Shown here: positions 1 through 13,900 of the stretch, one piece after another | Position numbering within the stretch: the first letter of the stretch is position 1 | Layout of the letters: every line of letters begins with the position of its first letter | Assembly: GCA_002633005.1 (NCBI GenBank) | Contig: NMRA01000116.1 | Location: 504,521 to 568,520, forward strand | Length of the DNA stretch: 64,000 nt | Reading direction: 5' to 3' | Origin: Phoronis australis | Taxonomy: Eukaryota > Animalia > Phoronida | Notes under the pieces: model-generated | What the model was told of the DNA's origin: nothing | The model's input: the letters and a program-made list of their open reading frames with translations, nothing else | Database searches by the model: none | Position numbers and translations under genes: made by a program

Positions 1-2159
1 CAAAAAAGCAATAAAAGGAAATGATTGTTCTGGACCATATGTTCTGGACCATATGTTATGGACCATATGTTCTGCACCTTTGCTCCCTTGGTTTCATATT
101 GAAGACTCTTGCAGACTCAGACATGTCAGTTACATAACATACGATAGTTCTGAAATATTTATGCTGCCAGAATCTTACTGTCACTGCTCTGTTGGTCTAG
201 GTGTATTTTTGACTGAAAATAGATGTCTGTACGTTTCATTTAGCCCAGTGCTTGTAATGCCCTACGTCACTAACAGTTTGCTGAAAAGGTTTAGTTATTG
301 GTTTTGTTGGTCAGTATTTGTGAAATTGCTGAACCGTCAAATGTGTGTAAATATTGTTTCCAAACAAACGTTCTTGGTAGATAAGAAAAAGGTTTTTAAG
401 GATAGCTAACAGTAGTTTATCTTACTATTGAAACAATTCTAGATCCCTTGTTTTTCTGAACAATTTAATTTTGATAGTGTTGAGCAGTTAAGAACATCAT
501 GTGTTTCCAATGATTGACTGCTGAAAGGCAGGGCTTGGAAAATTATTGTTTTGAAGTGATACATGTGGCTAACCAGTTGGAAACTGATTGAACTATTTGA
601 GTCTGATGGTGTTTATTTGTAAAGTCTGTGTGGCCAACAGATGCCAAGATAGATCTTATTTAGTGTATTTTGAAGGGAGTATCTAAAGGGAACAGACATT
701 TTGTGGCATACTCTCAGAATGATTTAATAATGACTGAGTCTAGTGTCCAATAGGTACTTTTGGGATTCTGGAATGTCAGGAGAACTGATGAGCTTGAACT
801 TCGTCATTTTCATCATTTCCTTCTTGTTTTCCTTGTAAACCGTGTCTTTCGCAGTACGTCAGACTTGGTTTAGGCAATTTACAGTAAACTGCCTATTTGT
901 GGCATCCTGCAAGTTGCCCGTGTGTGCCTAAGATTGTGTTGGGTGACCTGGTTTAAATGTGTTGCCACAAAGTTGCCATGAACATATGAACATATCCGAG
1001 CAAGTGCTCAGTGTTTGGGCAAAACTTGGAGGGGCCCATCCATGGTTTGTCCACAGTTTTGATTGTCTGCTTTTCCCTAGGTGTGAGGTGAGACTGTGGG
1101 GAATATTTACCTCAAGCTGGAAATTGGTTGTTACTGATCACGTAAGATACTCTTGATTTTCGGTTCGATTAAAAAAAAGGCTGCCCAATATCAGTTCCGG
1201 GTCATGCGCTCCAGCAGATGTCCGTCGGGTTAACCGGTTCTTTAATTCAGTTATCTTGTTTTTTTTTCTTTTTTGGCTGTTGCCATGCGTTAAGGCCAGG
1301 ATTTTCCGATTCCGCGTATGGGGTTTCTTTGTTTTGGTGACTGGGGAATTTTGCCAATTCCCCTGTGATGAGTTGAGCCATGCTATTCCTTCAGTGTTTT
1401 GTAGTTTTATGTCCTCTTGCTCATTATTAATCTCACATCGGGGCATTGATTTTGTCTACATAGTGCCTGGCACATGATAATCCATGGTCATAATCGTCTT
1501 AGTCACGTTGCTTGCCTGTCAGCTTTGAAGCCCCCAGGCCATTTCCACACTGTTCATCATATACTAGGTTCTCATAGTTTTTCAGTAGTGAAAAGGCTAG
1601 CGTTTTTTGCCAAAAAGATGGTCCTGGAAGGTGTTCATTTTCTCCAGTTGTGGTATTTGATGGCAATACATGTTCACATTTTGATTATTGCAAGGATAAA
1701 CACAGGCCTCCTTCCACTGGCATGTGTGCCCTTTGACCTTAGGGTTAAGTGGTCTGGCTTCAAATGTGCCAAAACTCATCAGTTGTGTGTCACTCAAACA
1801 GTCAATTTAGTGCCAGAACAGTAACACTCAAACCAATTCACTTTAACTGACATTTTACAACTTCCAAGTTTTGCTCAGATGTTGCGTGCAATGTGCTCGT
1901 CTACGTGACCTGTGCACATCAAGCATCTGCAGAATCCTTGAGACCAAACTCTAAACTTGTCCACACTATGTTCCAGGACTTGAGATGTGCAGATATATGG
2001 CTGAACATAGCAAAGGAATGAATGTACAAGCATGGATTATAGGACACTTGTCAATAAGCCACTTAGCTCTTCATTGTTGTGACTTTGTTTCTGGCCAAAA
2101 TTAGAAAAGAGTGGAACATGGTTGAGGCATCAACTTTTGTTTAAGATCTTGTACAGAAT

Positions 2160-2797
2160 AGTCCCGTCCACACACAGCTTCCCTAGAACAACTTGCACTA
2201 CTAAGTCCAGTCCACACACAGCCTACCCTAGAACAGCTTGCACTAGTAAGTCTCGTCCACACACAGCCTACCCTAGAACAACTTGCACTAGTAAGTCCAG
2301 TCCACACACAGCCTACCCTAGAACAACTTGCACTAGTAAGTCTCGTCCACACACAGCCTACCCTAGAACAACTTGCACTAGTAACTCCCGTCACACACAC
2401 AGCATACCCTAGAACAACTTGCACTTGTGCAATTTACCGTACCCCACCTTTAAGTGGAGCGTCCACACACACACCCGATAACTAGGTTAAGGCGAAAGTT
2501 GTCGTTCTGTGCGTGTCAGTGAACACCTAAGGCCAATACGGCGCGCATGAGAAAGCCCGTCTTTGTGTAACTGCAGCTGGTAATTACTTCCTCCCTACCA
2601 CACTTTTGCGGCCACACGATTACAAGTGGCGCAAGTTACCCTAGAACAAGTTACCCCACCTCGATAATGTGGAGTATGTTTTCATAAGTGGGGTAAGTTG
2701 CGCTAGTTCAAATAGCGTCCAGACAACGCACAAACCTTGCGACAACTCGTTCCAGGAGTAACTTGTTCTAGGGTGAATCTGTGTATGGACCGCACTT
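2160..2797. mobile_element. MITE-like element whose left terminal repeat is amplified into a 45-bp tandem array (6 copies, 2166-2425)
   Basis: Unit gtccacacacagcctaccctagaacaacttgcactagtaagtc(ca/tc); reverse complement of 2761-2797 (aagtgcggtccatacacagattcaccctagaacaagtt) matches the unit start. Confidence 0.7.
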
Positions 2798-3057
2798 TTG
2801 TCTTGGCAGCAAATTCTCAGCTGTCCTTGAAGCTCACTGGAGACTTTTCATTACATGTGATTGATTGCTATGTAGTTGTGATTAAAGTTGTCAAACAAAC
2901 TGAACAATCAATCAGCCATGTCATATGAGCAAGCTACACACCACAGTCTTCAAAGGGTAATCAACACAGAGTAGAGAGTTATAACACTCTGTAAGTTCTT
3001 AACTAGAACAGTACACTGGTACATTGAGGAGAATGCTGTCTGGTAAAAACCTTATTT

Positions 3058-3872
3058 ACCTTTAACCCAATACATGGCAGACACTAAGAATGTTATTTTG
3101 TAATAACATACTTTCTCAACAAATATATAATGCTGTGTCATTGTTAGTGTGTTCTGCTTTGTACAGGTGGCCATGGAAACATACTTGGACAGATTTCGAT
3201 AAATTCGAAGCCTTGCTATGTGAATAATTATAATTTTGCAGTCATGTTTGTGTCAAATAACAAAGTGGTGTTGTGATAATCTCTGCATTTAGTCTACATA
3301 TGGAAACCAATGACAACAATGTTATTTTACTACTGTACCCTACCTAATGCTGTATGGGGGACTGCTGTCACAACATAATTGTGGAACATTAGAAAGCTTG
3401 GGGCAATAAACTGGCAGTTAGCAAAAAATATTGCAGGCAGTCTGTGTACCAGATGTGCGCAAGCCGCTCACATGGGCATGATGACATGGAGCCATTTTTC
3501 TATTTTATGCTTTATTAATAAAATCAAGCTGGGGAGCTACAAACCTGACTCAATGGTCTAACAGTGGGCCCTAGTGGGACTTGAGCAACAAGAAGGGGAT
3601 TCTTGTCCCGCTAGGCCATACTGCCTCCTCAAAAAACTGGCACTTTGCCTGGGCTATTGTATCATTGTGGTTGTGAGGATTATTTTTGTTTGACATCGTG
3701 TTATCTTATCTGCATCTAAGTTTATGTATTAACTGCTCTTTGAGTGTCACCTAAGTGAAAAGATTTGTGACTAATTGGCAACCAATTTATCAGACTTTGG
3801 TACAACTACAAACCATTTGTTCTTGTTATTACTTGGCGGAATTCTTCCGCCAAGTATGTTGCTTTGACAGCA

Positions 3873-3912
<40 letters not shown>

Positions 3913-4686
3913 NACCTTTAACCCAATACATGGCAGACACTAAGAATGTTATTTTGTAATAACATACTTTCTCAACAAATATATAATGCTGTGTCATTGT
4001 TAGTGTGTTCTGCTTTGTACAGGTGGCCATGGAAACATACTTGGACAGATTTCGATAAATTTGAAGCCTTGCTATGTGAATAATTATAATTTTGCAGTCA
4101 TGTTTGTGTCAAATAACAAAGTGGTGTTGTGATAATCTCTGCATTTAGTCTACATATGGAAACCAATGACAACAATGTTATTTTACTACTGTACCCTACC
4201 TAATGCTGCATGGGGGACTGCTGTCACAACATAATTAAGGAACATTAGAAAGCTTGGGGCAATAAACTGGCAGTTAGCAAAAAAATATTGCAGGCAGTCT
4301 GTGTACCAGATGTGTGCAAGCCGCACGTGGGCATGATGACATGGAGCCATATTTCTATTTTTATGCTTTATTAATAAAATCGAGCTGGGGATCTAGAAAC
4401 CTGACTCAATGGTCTAACAGTGGGCCCTAGTGGGACTTAAGCAACAAGAAGGGGATTCTTGTCCCACTAGGCCATACTGCCTCCTCTAAAAACTGGCTTT
4501 TTGCCTGGGCTATTGTATCATTGTGGTTGTGAGGATTATTTTTGTTTGACATCGTGTTATCTTATCTGCATCTAAGTTTATGTATTAACTACTCTCTGAG
4601 TGTCACCTAAGTGAAAAGATTTGTGACTAATTGGCAACCAATTTATCAGACTTTGGTACAACTACAAACCATTTGTTCTTGTTATT
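3058..4686. repeat. ~770-bp direct duplication around single N (3913); probable haplotype overlap
   Basis: 3058-3830 is repeated at 3914-4686 with scattered SNPs/indels; join marked by poly-T + N. Confidence 0.85.
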
Positions 4687-4810
4687 TTTTATCTTGTTTT
4701 TCGTTTGTACGTTTTTTTGCAACAAGGTAGGATACATCCCCTAATGATCGTTATTCAGGGGACACACTCCTCTGACTGTCCCTGTCTCATCAATGGTTGC
4801 TTTGTTCCAG

Positions 4811-4929
4811 TTCACCTTTCATCGCACAGATGTCAGTGGCCCCTGTTGTGGTCCAGGCTGTCATCACAGTGTTTGTGATAATCAACTTTGGCCTAGCTAC
4901 ATTCATGGATCCAGGGATATATCCTCGAG
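4811..4929 (+). CDS. ZDHHC8: ZDHHC5/8 coding exon (TM2-DPG)
   Basis: ttccag|...|gtgagt; [39 protein letters not shown]. Confidence 0.9.
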
Positions 4930-7900
4930 GTGAGTCTTGCACACACTCATGCGCACACTTAGCGCACACACATTCATTGTTGCGGGGGGGGGGGGGGTTG
5001 TGGTGCCAACTAAAATTAACTCTAGTAGCTGGCCATGGAATTGTTTTCAACCGGAAAATGGTTCCAACAAGATTTTCTTGACATGGTTTAAGCAATCTTG
5101 GTCCACCCGGACAAATGTGTTCCAAACATGGAAGGAAGGGAGTAACACCTGCTAATGTCATTAAAGTAACTAAAAACGGGAAAACTATAGTGTCAAGAGC
5201 AGATTTAAAACCCAGAGTTTGGCTGATAATTGAACTGAAGAACACTCCTTTTCTGTTGCTGTGGTACCATGGTAACTTTTGAGATGCTGTTATTTAATTG
5301 GATGGCCACCTCTTGATCTGATCAAAGTGTTTGGTTGGCCAGTGACTTGGAGCTGGTGAACATACCTTGAATGCATTTTGTCTGGGTAATACTCAAGAAA
5401 AGTTGAGCTTTTGTTTAGTTTTGTTTAATAATAGATGTGATTTTGTACAACTGGCGCTGTTGAGGGGGTTTAGTATAATCTGTTTAGAAGGAATTTTCTA
5501 ACCTGGCATATTAGTGAAATTGTCCATAATGTGATCGGGAGTCGATCTCCTGTGAATGTTACTTTATATTTTCAAGACATGGTATTTACCTTTACATTTC
5601 AACACATATGATTTACACATTCTTGATATTCTCCCTGAAACACCTTGTGCACAGGTGCCAATACAGTTCATTAGACTTACTAACTGCAGAACTATTATAT
5701 TTGCACGCATGGCTCTTGCAACTGATTAATCAGTTGTCTTGTGAGCAATTCTATTGTGTTCACATTACAAGGTAGATCAGTCAAGTGAATACACAGATTA
5801 ATTTATAGTAAAACCCCCTCTGTTGGAGAATCACAAAAACATGAAAAATGAACTTGGATGTAGAATTGAAATAGGACATATATTATGGTGGGACTAGTAT
5901 GCCTCCAGGGGATAATACTCAACAGAAGATGGTGCAAATTCCAGGCCTACTTCTTTTCTCCAATTTGGGACTGTCTATAGAATTTGGGATTCCAAAACTC
6001 CCTTGAAAACGAGTTTTCTTGTTTCTATAATTTAGAGCAAGGGCGATTTTGGCATTGACCACGTTTCTCAAATTTCAGACAATGTGTTTTCAATTTTATA
6101 GAATGGGTACTTTTTCTATCTTCATGGTAATTCTTGAATTTGGAACAACCAGCTATATGCTCATTTCTAGAACTTATGACAAGCTCCGACCTTGAACAAA
6201 ATATTTGACTTTTCACTGTCCCAAATTGGAGAATTTTGACATTAGGTGTCCAGGAGATGGCATAGTGCCCATATGTAACAGCTTGTACATTTAGGTAATT
6301 GTCAACCTTCGTAATATCGTTCCACAGTTCATCTAATATTAAAGTAATAACTTTTTGATTGTCCATTTTCTCCCCATAAAAGTACGTTAAACATTTTCTG
6401 AATCACTCATAGCTTATCAATCTCAATTCACGCTTTGCACATTTGTTTTTTATGACGTGATAGTCATTTTTGTGAAAATTATTTTTGCTTTGAACATGGA
6501 TTTCTAAAAAAACTAAATGGTGTGCGACTTGGTGGTTCATCTATACTCTCACTCCATACTGTCGACTTACAGGCACAGAACTATGTCTCACATGTTCGTA
6601 TCATTTTCCAACAACAGAGATATCAGCCAGCAAAGTCCCTTTTTAAAACCTCCAGAGTCTTATTATGTGCCGTTATCTTGTTCGAAAAAAAGTAAAAAGT
6701 CTCCCTCCATCACGGACAGTAAAATGAGTACGCAACATTCCATGCAAATTGACGCGCACACTAAAGAGTACTGGACGTTCAAACTTTCTAAAAATGTTAA
6801 AAATCGAAATGCATGAAAATGGTTGAGAGCAAGGACTTGCCACATAATTAAAATCACGTGAAATCGTCCCAACTTGCATATTCAACGCACAAATAATGTG
6901 CTCAAACAAGTGCCAATGGGTGTCAATGAAGAGCAAACAAAAATAACATTTCTGAAGAAAATAACATGAAGGTTGACAAATACCTTAGATATTATAGATA
7001 AAGCTTGATTTGCTCACACAGAGAAATACATGGGACCTGTAGAGGCAGACAGATTGATCAGCTGTGACCATTGCATTGTGGTTTGCAGTTCTTTGCTCTT
7101 TCTTTTGTTATTGATTTACCTTGGTTCACAAGTACTCTTGAGGGGATTGCTAATTTGTTGACAACACTTGGATGTCCAACTGACAACAAGCTGTTTCAAC
7201 ACCATATCAATTTATCCTTCCTGTAAGTACTATTGTCTTTTGTGGAAAGTAGGGTTGATGTTACATGAATCAAACAAATGCGTAGCCTGGTTTTTATTCC
7301 TCCACATATTTATATGTGGACGCATTATTTTAGTGCTAAGCGTGTGTTGGATTGCACATTCAGGATGTTCAATATTGCTGCATTGGTTATATTAATTAAA
7401 CTAAATGCCATTTAAAATCACCTTTTTCTATGGCTTAATGAGTCTGGTGGACTAAGTTGCATAAACATGTTTAGAGGTATCGATGAGATAAGAATCATTG
7501 TTTTGTCGTCTCTGAACCATTTTTCAAGTATTCAAGGTTTTGCTTGATGGAGATGTCAAGTTCCTTCAAGTCAAACTAGTCAATTACAAAAACAAGAACT
7601 GGCAGACGCTGTTTGCCATGAACGATTGACCTCAGCACCAGCAGCACTAATTCGAGAATGTTGAGAACTTGACACAGAATTTTGCAAAATAGCAAACCTC
7701 AGAGTGGTTTGGCCAAGACAGAGAGTCATATGTCAAAAACCTGACTCAAAAACAATAAAAATGGCCTAGGTGGTACAAAAGAGTTTGAATCTGTCTGTAA
7801 ACAAGAAGGTCGCAGCACCTCCCTGATAGAAACCCGTTTACTAAATTTCATGAAAATTTGTTAAGGTACTGAAGCTGCAGAGGTAAATGCAAACACTAGA

Positions 7901-10900
7901 ATTGCCACTAGGGGGCGCACTGGTAGTTGGACCTGTCTGAAAATTTGATGATGGCATTTCATTCATGAAGGGAACACATTTTGCAAAACACCATGAACAT
8001 CCATTCGGTGGTTTTGGAGATAGAACAGCACATTTTGGGTCAAATCGGACGAGTTTGGAGTCCCTTACTGGCAATCTTGTTTTTATTTGCATTGGTCTTG
8101 ATATCTGATGGATATTTGTGAAATTTGACAAATAAGTTGTTTTCCTGTAAAAGCAGCATGATCATCCCTTGTATCTGCGCTATATGCAATGTACACGTTC
8201 TCTTTGACCACCCTTATTTTGAATTAAAATTCATTCGCAGCAATGAAACTTCACAAAACTCACTTGCACGGTCCGTTCTTCAGTACCAGAGGTAAGGAGG
8301 AAGTGTTGCAATTTAATCTGTGAGTCCTCGAGGTATCGCAAGATGGCATCTGAAAATGTTATTCAGATGTATTTTTTTTGAATTTGAAGTATCGTTTATC
8401 TGGTTGGATAATAATTGAAATGAAGTGTTTGCTCCAGGTGAGCATCTGAAGCAGTGAAATTGTCACGTGATCATTGACTATGGAAAGTGTTGTCTGCTTT
8501 CAGCCCATCCTGATGAGTACCGAGATGATGACTTCCGCGCTCCCTTGTTCAAGAATGTCGACATACAGGGTATTACTGTGCGCATGAAGTGGTGTACAAC
8601 GTGTCAGTTCTATCGACCTCCGCGCTGCTCCCATTGCAGCGTCTGTGATACTTGCATTGACGTGAGTTTGTCATTGTTATATACAGAATTCATATCTAAC
8701 TTGTGGCCGGTTCCAGGACACTGTCTCAGTAGAGACTCGACTATGTTCCCTGAATTTGTTATCACTTGGCAAAATGAAATTTCTTCAAGTACATTGCTTT
8801 GTCGCACGCTACATGTCGCATTATTTGTGTGATCGAGATGGAATTTATATATAACTAACATCGCCTTTGGCCTATTGTTTTACGGCGAAATCGGACCCAA
8901 GGTGGCGCTGTGACGTCCAGTTTTTTAACTTCCACTTGCTGAGCTGTAGCTCTGTGGTCCTTCGATGGATTACTTTGAAATTTGTGTTGTCGGTAGATCT
9001 CGCCAAGTGCTACCTGTAGTAATCCATTCGTTTCTTGCTGCGACGTACCGTTCTCAAGATTTTCCGATGGCTGCTCTTTTATTGATTGATTTCTTGTGTA
9101 TTGCTGGTGTCCTTCAATCAATCTTTCTAAAATTTGGTATGTAATTAGATCTCATCAAGTGCTACAACAAGTTTACAGTGAGTTTCTAGCTCCGATTTAC
9201 TGTTCTTCAGTTATTCGAGATATAGTGATGGTTGTCAGTTTCCCAGTGCAGTTGTACATCTCAAGGTTCAAGAACAATACACATGCGACATGTCACAATT
9301 TATGCCTGATCAACGAGAATTTTACACGTTTAGTATTTACCTTTTAAATTCTCGAAACCCGGTGTGTTTGGGCGAAATCAAACCAAAGATGGTGTTTGAC
9401 CACCATTTTTTAAATTTTCGCTTCTTGGAGCTCTAGTTTCATGGTCCTTTAAAGTATTCTGCTAAAATTTGATATTTAGGTAGATTTTGTCAAGGGCAAT
9501 GTGGACTGCATCATCAGTTCTTTTCTACGACTTCTCATTCTCGACATATGCAAGACTTACCCCTGATTTCTCCGTCATTGATTGATTTCTTTTGCTGTAT
9601 TTATGTCTTTCCTTGACGAATCTTTCTGAATGTTGGTATGTAGATAGATCTCTTCCAGCGCTAGCTCGTTATGCCCTGTGTTTTTGTGTTATGACTAAGT
9701 AAGTCAGACTTACTTAAAAAGAGGAGACGATAGGGACACATTGCCGAACAATTCGGACTCTGATCTGTTTCCTTCCTGCACTATTTTGAGCATGTCGTTG
9801 AATGTGTACATGGCAATTTCATAGTGACATAGGATTTTTACTAGGCCGCCAAACAAAATCTGACTTGTCGCATTCCTGAAAACTAAGCCACTATTTTGAT
9901 GTAAATAAATGGGGACTTGGTGGTTAAATTAGCAGAAGGCAGGACAATCAGTTTTGTTCACAAATGTGCTGAAAATTTAGGGACACAGCTGAGTCCTTAT
10001 TGGGGCTGTGTTATGCAACCAGCCATTGGTTGCTCCAAGTAATTTTCATTCTTGTTGAAGTCCTTTCACACTTCATCAAATAACTTTTAGCTGTCCATCT
10101 TCAATCCGTTCAACTATGTATTTACTGTATCCCTGATTAAAAAAAATCTTAATGTATGCCTTTAAATATCGCACAATTGTTTGTGCCATTTTTGTGAAAA
10201 CAGTCATTTTTCTTTGAACACAAATTTCTAAAAAATCTAAACTGTCTGCAACTGTGTTTGTGATATATTTTCTTACTGGCAATACACAGGGAACCCTGTC
10301 TCTGGTTTTTAATTTACCCACAAATAACAGAGATAGCAGCCATCAAAATCCCTCTTTAAGAAAGGGCCAATTCCATTTTCGATTGCTGATATCTCCGCTG
10401 TTCAAAAAAATCTCAGACATGGACCGTGAAATACGTATGTAAATTTTCTTATGAATTGACCCCTGCACTGAAGAAATATTGATTGTGAACTCCCCGTCAC
10501 TCTGATGAAGAAAATTTGGGAACCCTGGATAGTAGTCTGCATGTTTCATTACTTTTACCAGTAAATGAGTTTTTTCCGGTTTTATAAATCAGTAAGTTAA
10601 TGAAGCAAATGTGGAGGCGCCTGCATGTTGTTAAGATTGTTAGAATGTCAAGATAATTACCTGGAGGGAATATTTAATTAAAGTAATTCCTAATTTTGGG
10701 TTTGTAACTAAATCTAATGAACATTGTTTGGTTTGAATACCCATGACTGCACATGTGAGACGTATTTGTTCTGGAGAGTTGTTTTCATTGTCAAGATTAT
10801 TAAAATGGACGACCATGTTCGGAATCTGTCTGGTGAGCGTGAAAAGTTTTTGGGAAATTGGAAAATTGAGGGATTTTTGTTGTGACATTTTAGACTCTCT

Positions 10901-13900
10901 CCCCTAATTAACTCCCAACTAATTTTTTAAGGCATTTAAAGCGGCCCTGAAACAATTGACATTAATTTGTATAAGTAACATTTCATTAAATTGATTAACT
11001 TCTATGTTTCAGACATTTGACCACCACTGCCCGTGGGTGAACAACTGTATCGGCCGGCGCAACTATCGTTTCTTCTTTCAGTTCTTACTGTCTCTTACCA
11101 TCCACATGTTCAGCGTTCTTGCCTGGAGTCTTGTTCACGTCATTCTCAACAAGGATAACCTGGCCACACCACAGACAATCATGTCGTATCCTTTAACATC
11201 TTTGTTATACCCGTCTCTTCTGAAGAATAGTATTTAGGTAGAAAACAACCATCGCCGTCTGTGTGGAACATCTGATGAAATTTGAACAATGAAGTTTGTG
11301 CAGCAATTAGCTATACCTTGGGCATTTGTTGTATGTTACCCACGGCTTTGTACGTTAAATAAAAAGTCTGATTTCAAATCCGGGCATTCAAAGATTAAAA
11401 GATTGAGACATTCTGTGGTAAGCCAAGGATATGAAGTTTATAGCATGTTGATGTAAAATTAATTAAATTTTCGATAGTTTAACTGGTAAATTTTTTCAAT
11501 AATTTTTGTTGACAATTGCAGTCAGTGGTGTTGTGCTATTCTTAACCTTGTTTTGACCTTGCGCAGTTAGTTGTTCGTGCTGTAAATAAATGTGAAATTA
11601 ATTAAATTGTCGATAGTTCGACGTGTAAATTTTTTCAATAATTTTTGCTGACAATTGCTCAGTTGTACTGTTCTGTTCTGGACCTTGATTTGACCTAGCG
11701 GTGTTGCACTTGTTGTCTCTTCATTGGTATCAGTTCATTGAAATTGATTGTTGACTGTAATTCTGGCTGCTCTCAAACAGTAAATGAACTAAGCTGCTCT
11801 CCTGTTGAAAGCGCCACCGTTCACTTGTATGTTCACAATTTACAGTCTGTTGGTCAAATGTAAAACGTTTCACCATTGTCTGGTTTGGCCGACATCATAA
11901 TGTAACACCTCGCTTCTTAACACATGTTCACAGTATTATTGTCATCGTTATAATTGGCCTTGTGATGATCCCTGTGTGCGGACTCACTGGCTTTCACGTG
12001 TACCTGGTTTCCAAGGGGATGACGACTAATGAGCAGGTAAGATATCTCACCTGAGACTACGTGTTCTCACCTAGCTTTATGCCTGTTCCTGTGAACAATG
12101 GTACCAGAACTTGTCAAGGTAATGTTACATCTTTGCTTCTTTTGTACAGCTGTAAAATAGCAATGAGAAAGTAATCAGTTATGATTGCAAACATTTATTA
12201 CACTTTCGGGTAATACAGTAATTCCCTACTTATTGTGTTCACTCCATTTCGCACTCCAAAAATTATTTGGAAAAATATTTTGTCCCTCACTTATTTCACC
12301 CGAGACTACTTGGTGGAAATGTCTTCCCTCAAACGATTCGCACACATTCAGTTTTGCACTGTGGAAAATATCAACGCGAAGGCATAACCATAATCCTAAT
12401 AATACGCACGTCTTTAACTATGTTTAATAAAATCTGAGCTCTGCGTATTCAGCACTTATTCATCCGTTGAGAGGGGATATCTTCTGCTGTTGTGAACACG
12501 AGGTGTAAAGTGTGACTTAGATGAGTGTCGTGTGACTAGAGTAATATGGTCAAGAGTGTTTCAGCAATGACGGCATGAAGTATTTTTATATAAGGACAGG
12601 ATAAAATAACTTAATTGTAGTTAATTGGATCACTTTGGCGACCCCTAGGCTGTATTTCATTACGTTCACACACGGGCAGTTGGCCATGCTTGGTTACTCA
12701 GTTAATTTCGCACACATATCTGTGTATTCATTTTATGTGATATGCCCCAACTATCAGGAAAATTATTTATTTTGTACAAAACAAGTGTAATGTTACCATA
12801 GTTGTTAGTGTACAAACTGTAATCTGTTATAACAATTGGTTTAGCGCGTCACAAACCTGTCCGTGAACTCCTAAGGCATTTTATATTGATAGCATATCAT
12901 TCATTCGGTTTTTTTTACTTGTTATGTCCCAATGACCTATGTTTTCATCCCTGGAAGTTTACTTTTGCTCACATTGTGGCAAATGTCATTACAGACCTGT
13001 TTGATTATTGAATCTTTAATAATTTTGAACTATTAATTTTATATTCATTGTTCATGTATTTTCAACCTTGTCTGACGGACATCTTTATCTAATGTGTTGG
13101 GTTTCAGGTTACAGGCAAGTTCCGTGGTGGTTTCAACCCATTCACTCGAGGCTGCTCTAAAAATTGTGCAGCTGTGTTCTGTGGACCACAGTGGCCCAAG
13201 TAAGCAACAGTTACTCCTAATGTGTGTTCCTCCCTCTTGGTGGTGCTCTTCTCAATCAAAATTCTTTTGAACAATTCTGTAAATGTCCCCATCTTCATTG
13301 AGACATATAACCAAAGACTGGCCTATATGAATATGTTGAGTGCACATGTCCAACTCTGTAATTAAAATTAAGCTTAAAAATCTGGATTGTTGTGAAAATG
13401 TGTCAATCCTCCACAAGTTACAAAATTAACACCAAGGTCCTCCACCAGAAGGTGGCTCAATTTGTCATCTGTTGTTATTGTGGTACAAATTGAACACAAC
13501 TACATAGAGATCTTCCATCAAAGGAGTGGCTCGCTGCCATCTCGTATTACTGTATTACAAAATGAATACAAATAGATATTCCACCGACTAGTTACGTCTT
13601 GTCATAGTATGAACACTCCGATTAAGTGACACATTCATTTATTCGAGAAATACCAGAAATTCAATTGATTTTACAAGAAAAAATTTTTGGTCAATAATTA
13701 TAATGGATTTGACTGAAAATGTTAGGTGTAAGTCCACTCTTTGGTAGTGATGCTACATCACGCAAGAACATTTCATCACTTTGTGGTAATGGCAGTGTTT
13801 GTCATGGCCTGGTACCATTCGAATGAATTAGCATAACTGTATTTAATAAACATAGGTAGCAAAGCTCCGCCCCCACCCATATATGGTCAAATATGAGGTG

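Noticed and set aside
2101-2424. Repeat-protein ORFs on both strands; CRISPR-like spacing
   Set aside because: Head-to-tail 45-bp units with no unique spacers, no cas genes, eukaryotic intron context.
3058-4686. Apparent 770-bp segmental duplication or LTR pair
   Set aside because: Joined at a single N, no TG...CA ends or internal ORF; haplotype overlap more likely.
1-4810. First coding exon of the ZDHHC gene
   Set aside because: No segment resembling the expected N-terminus/TM1 with a phase-2 donor was found; presumed upstream of the window.
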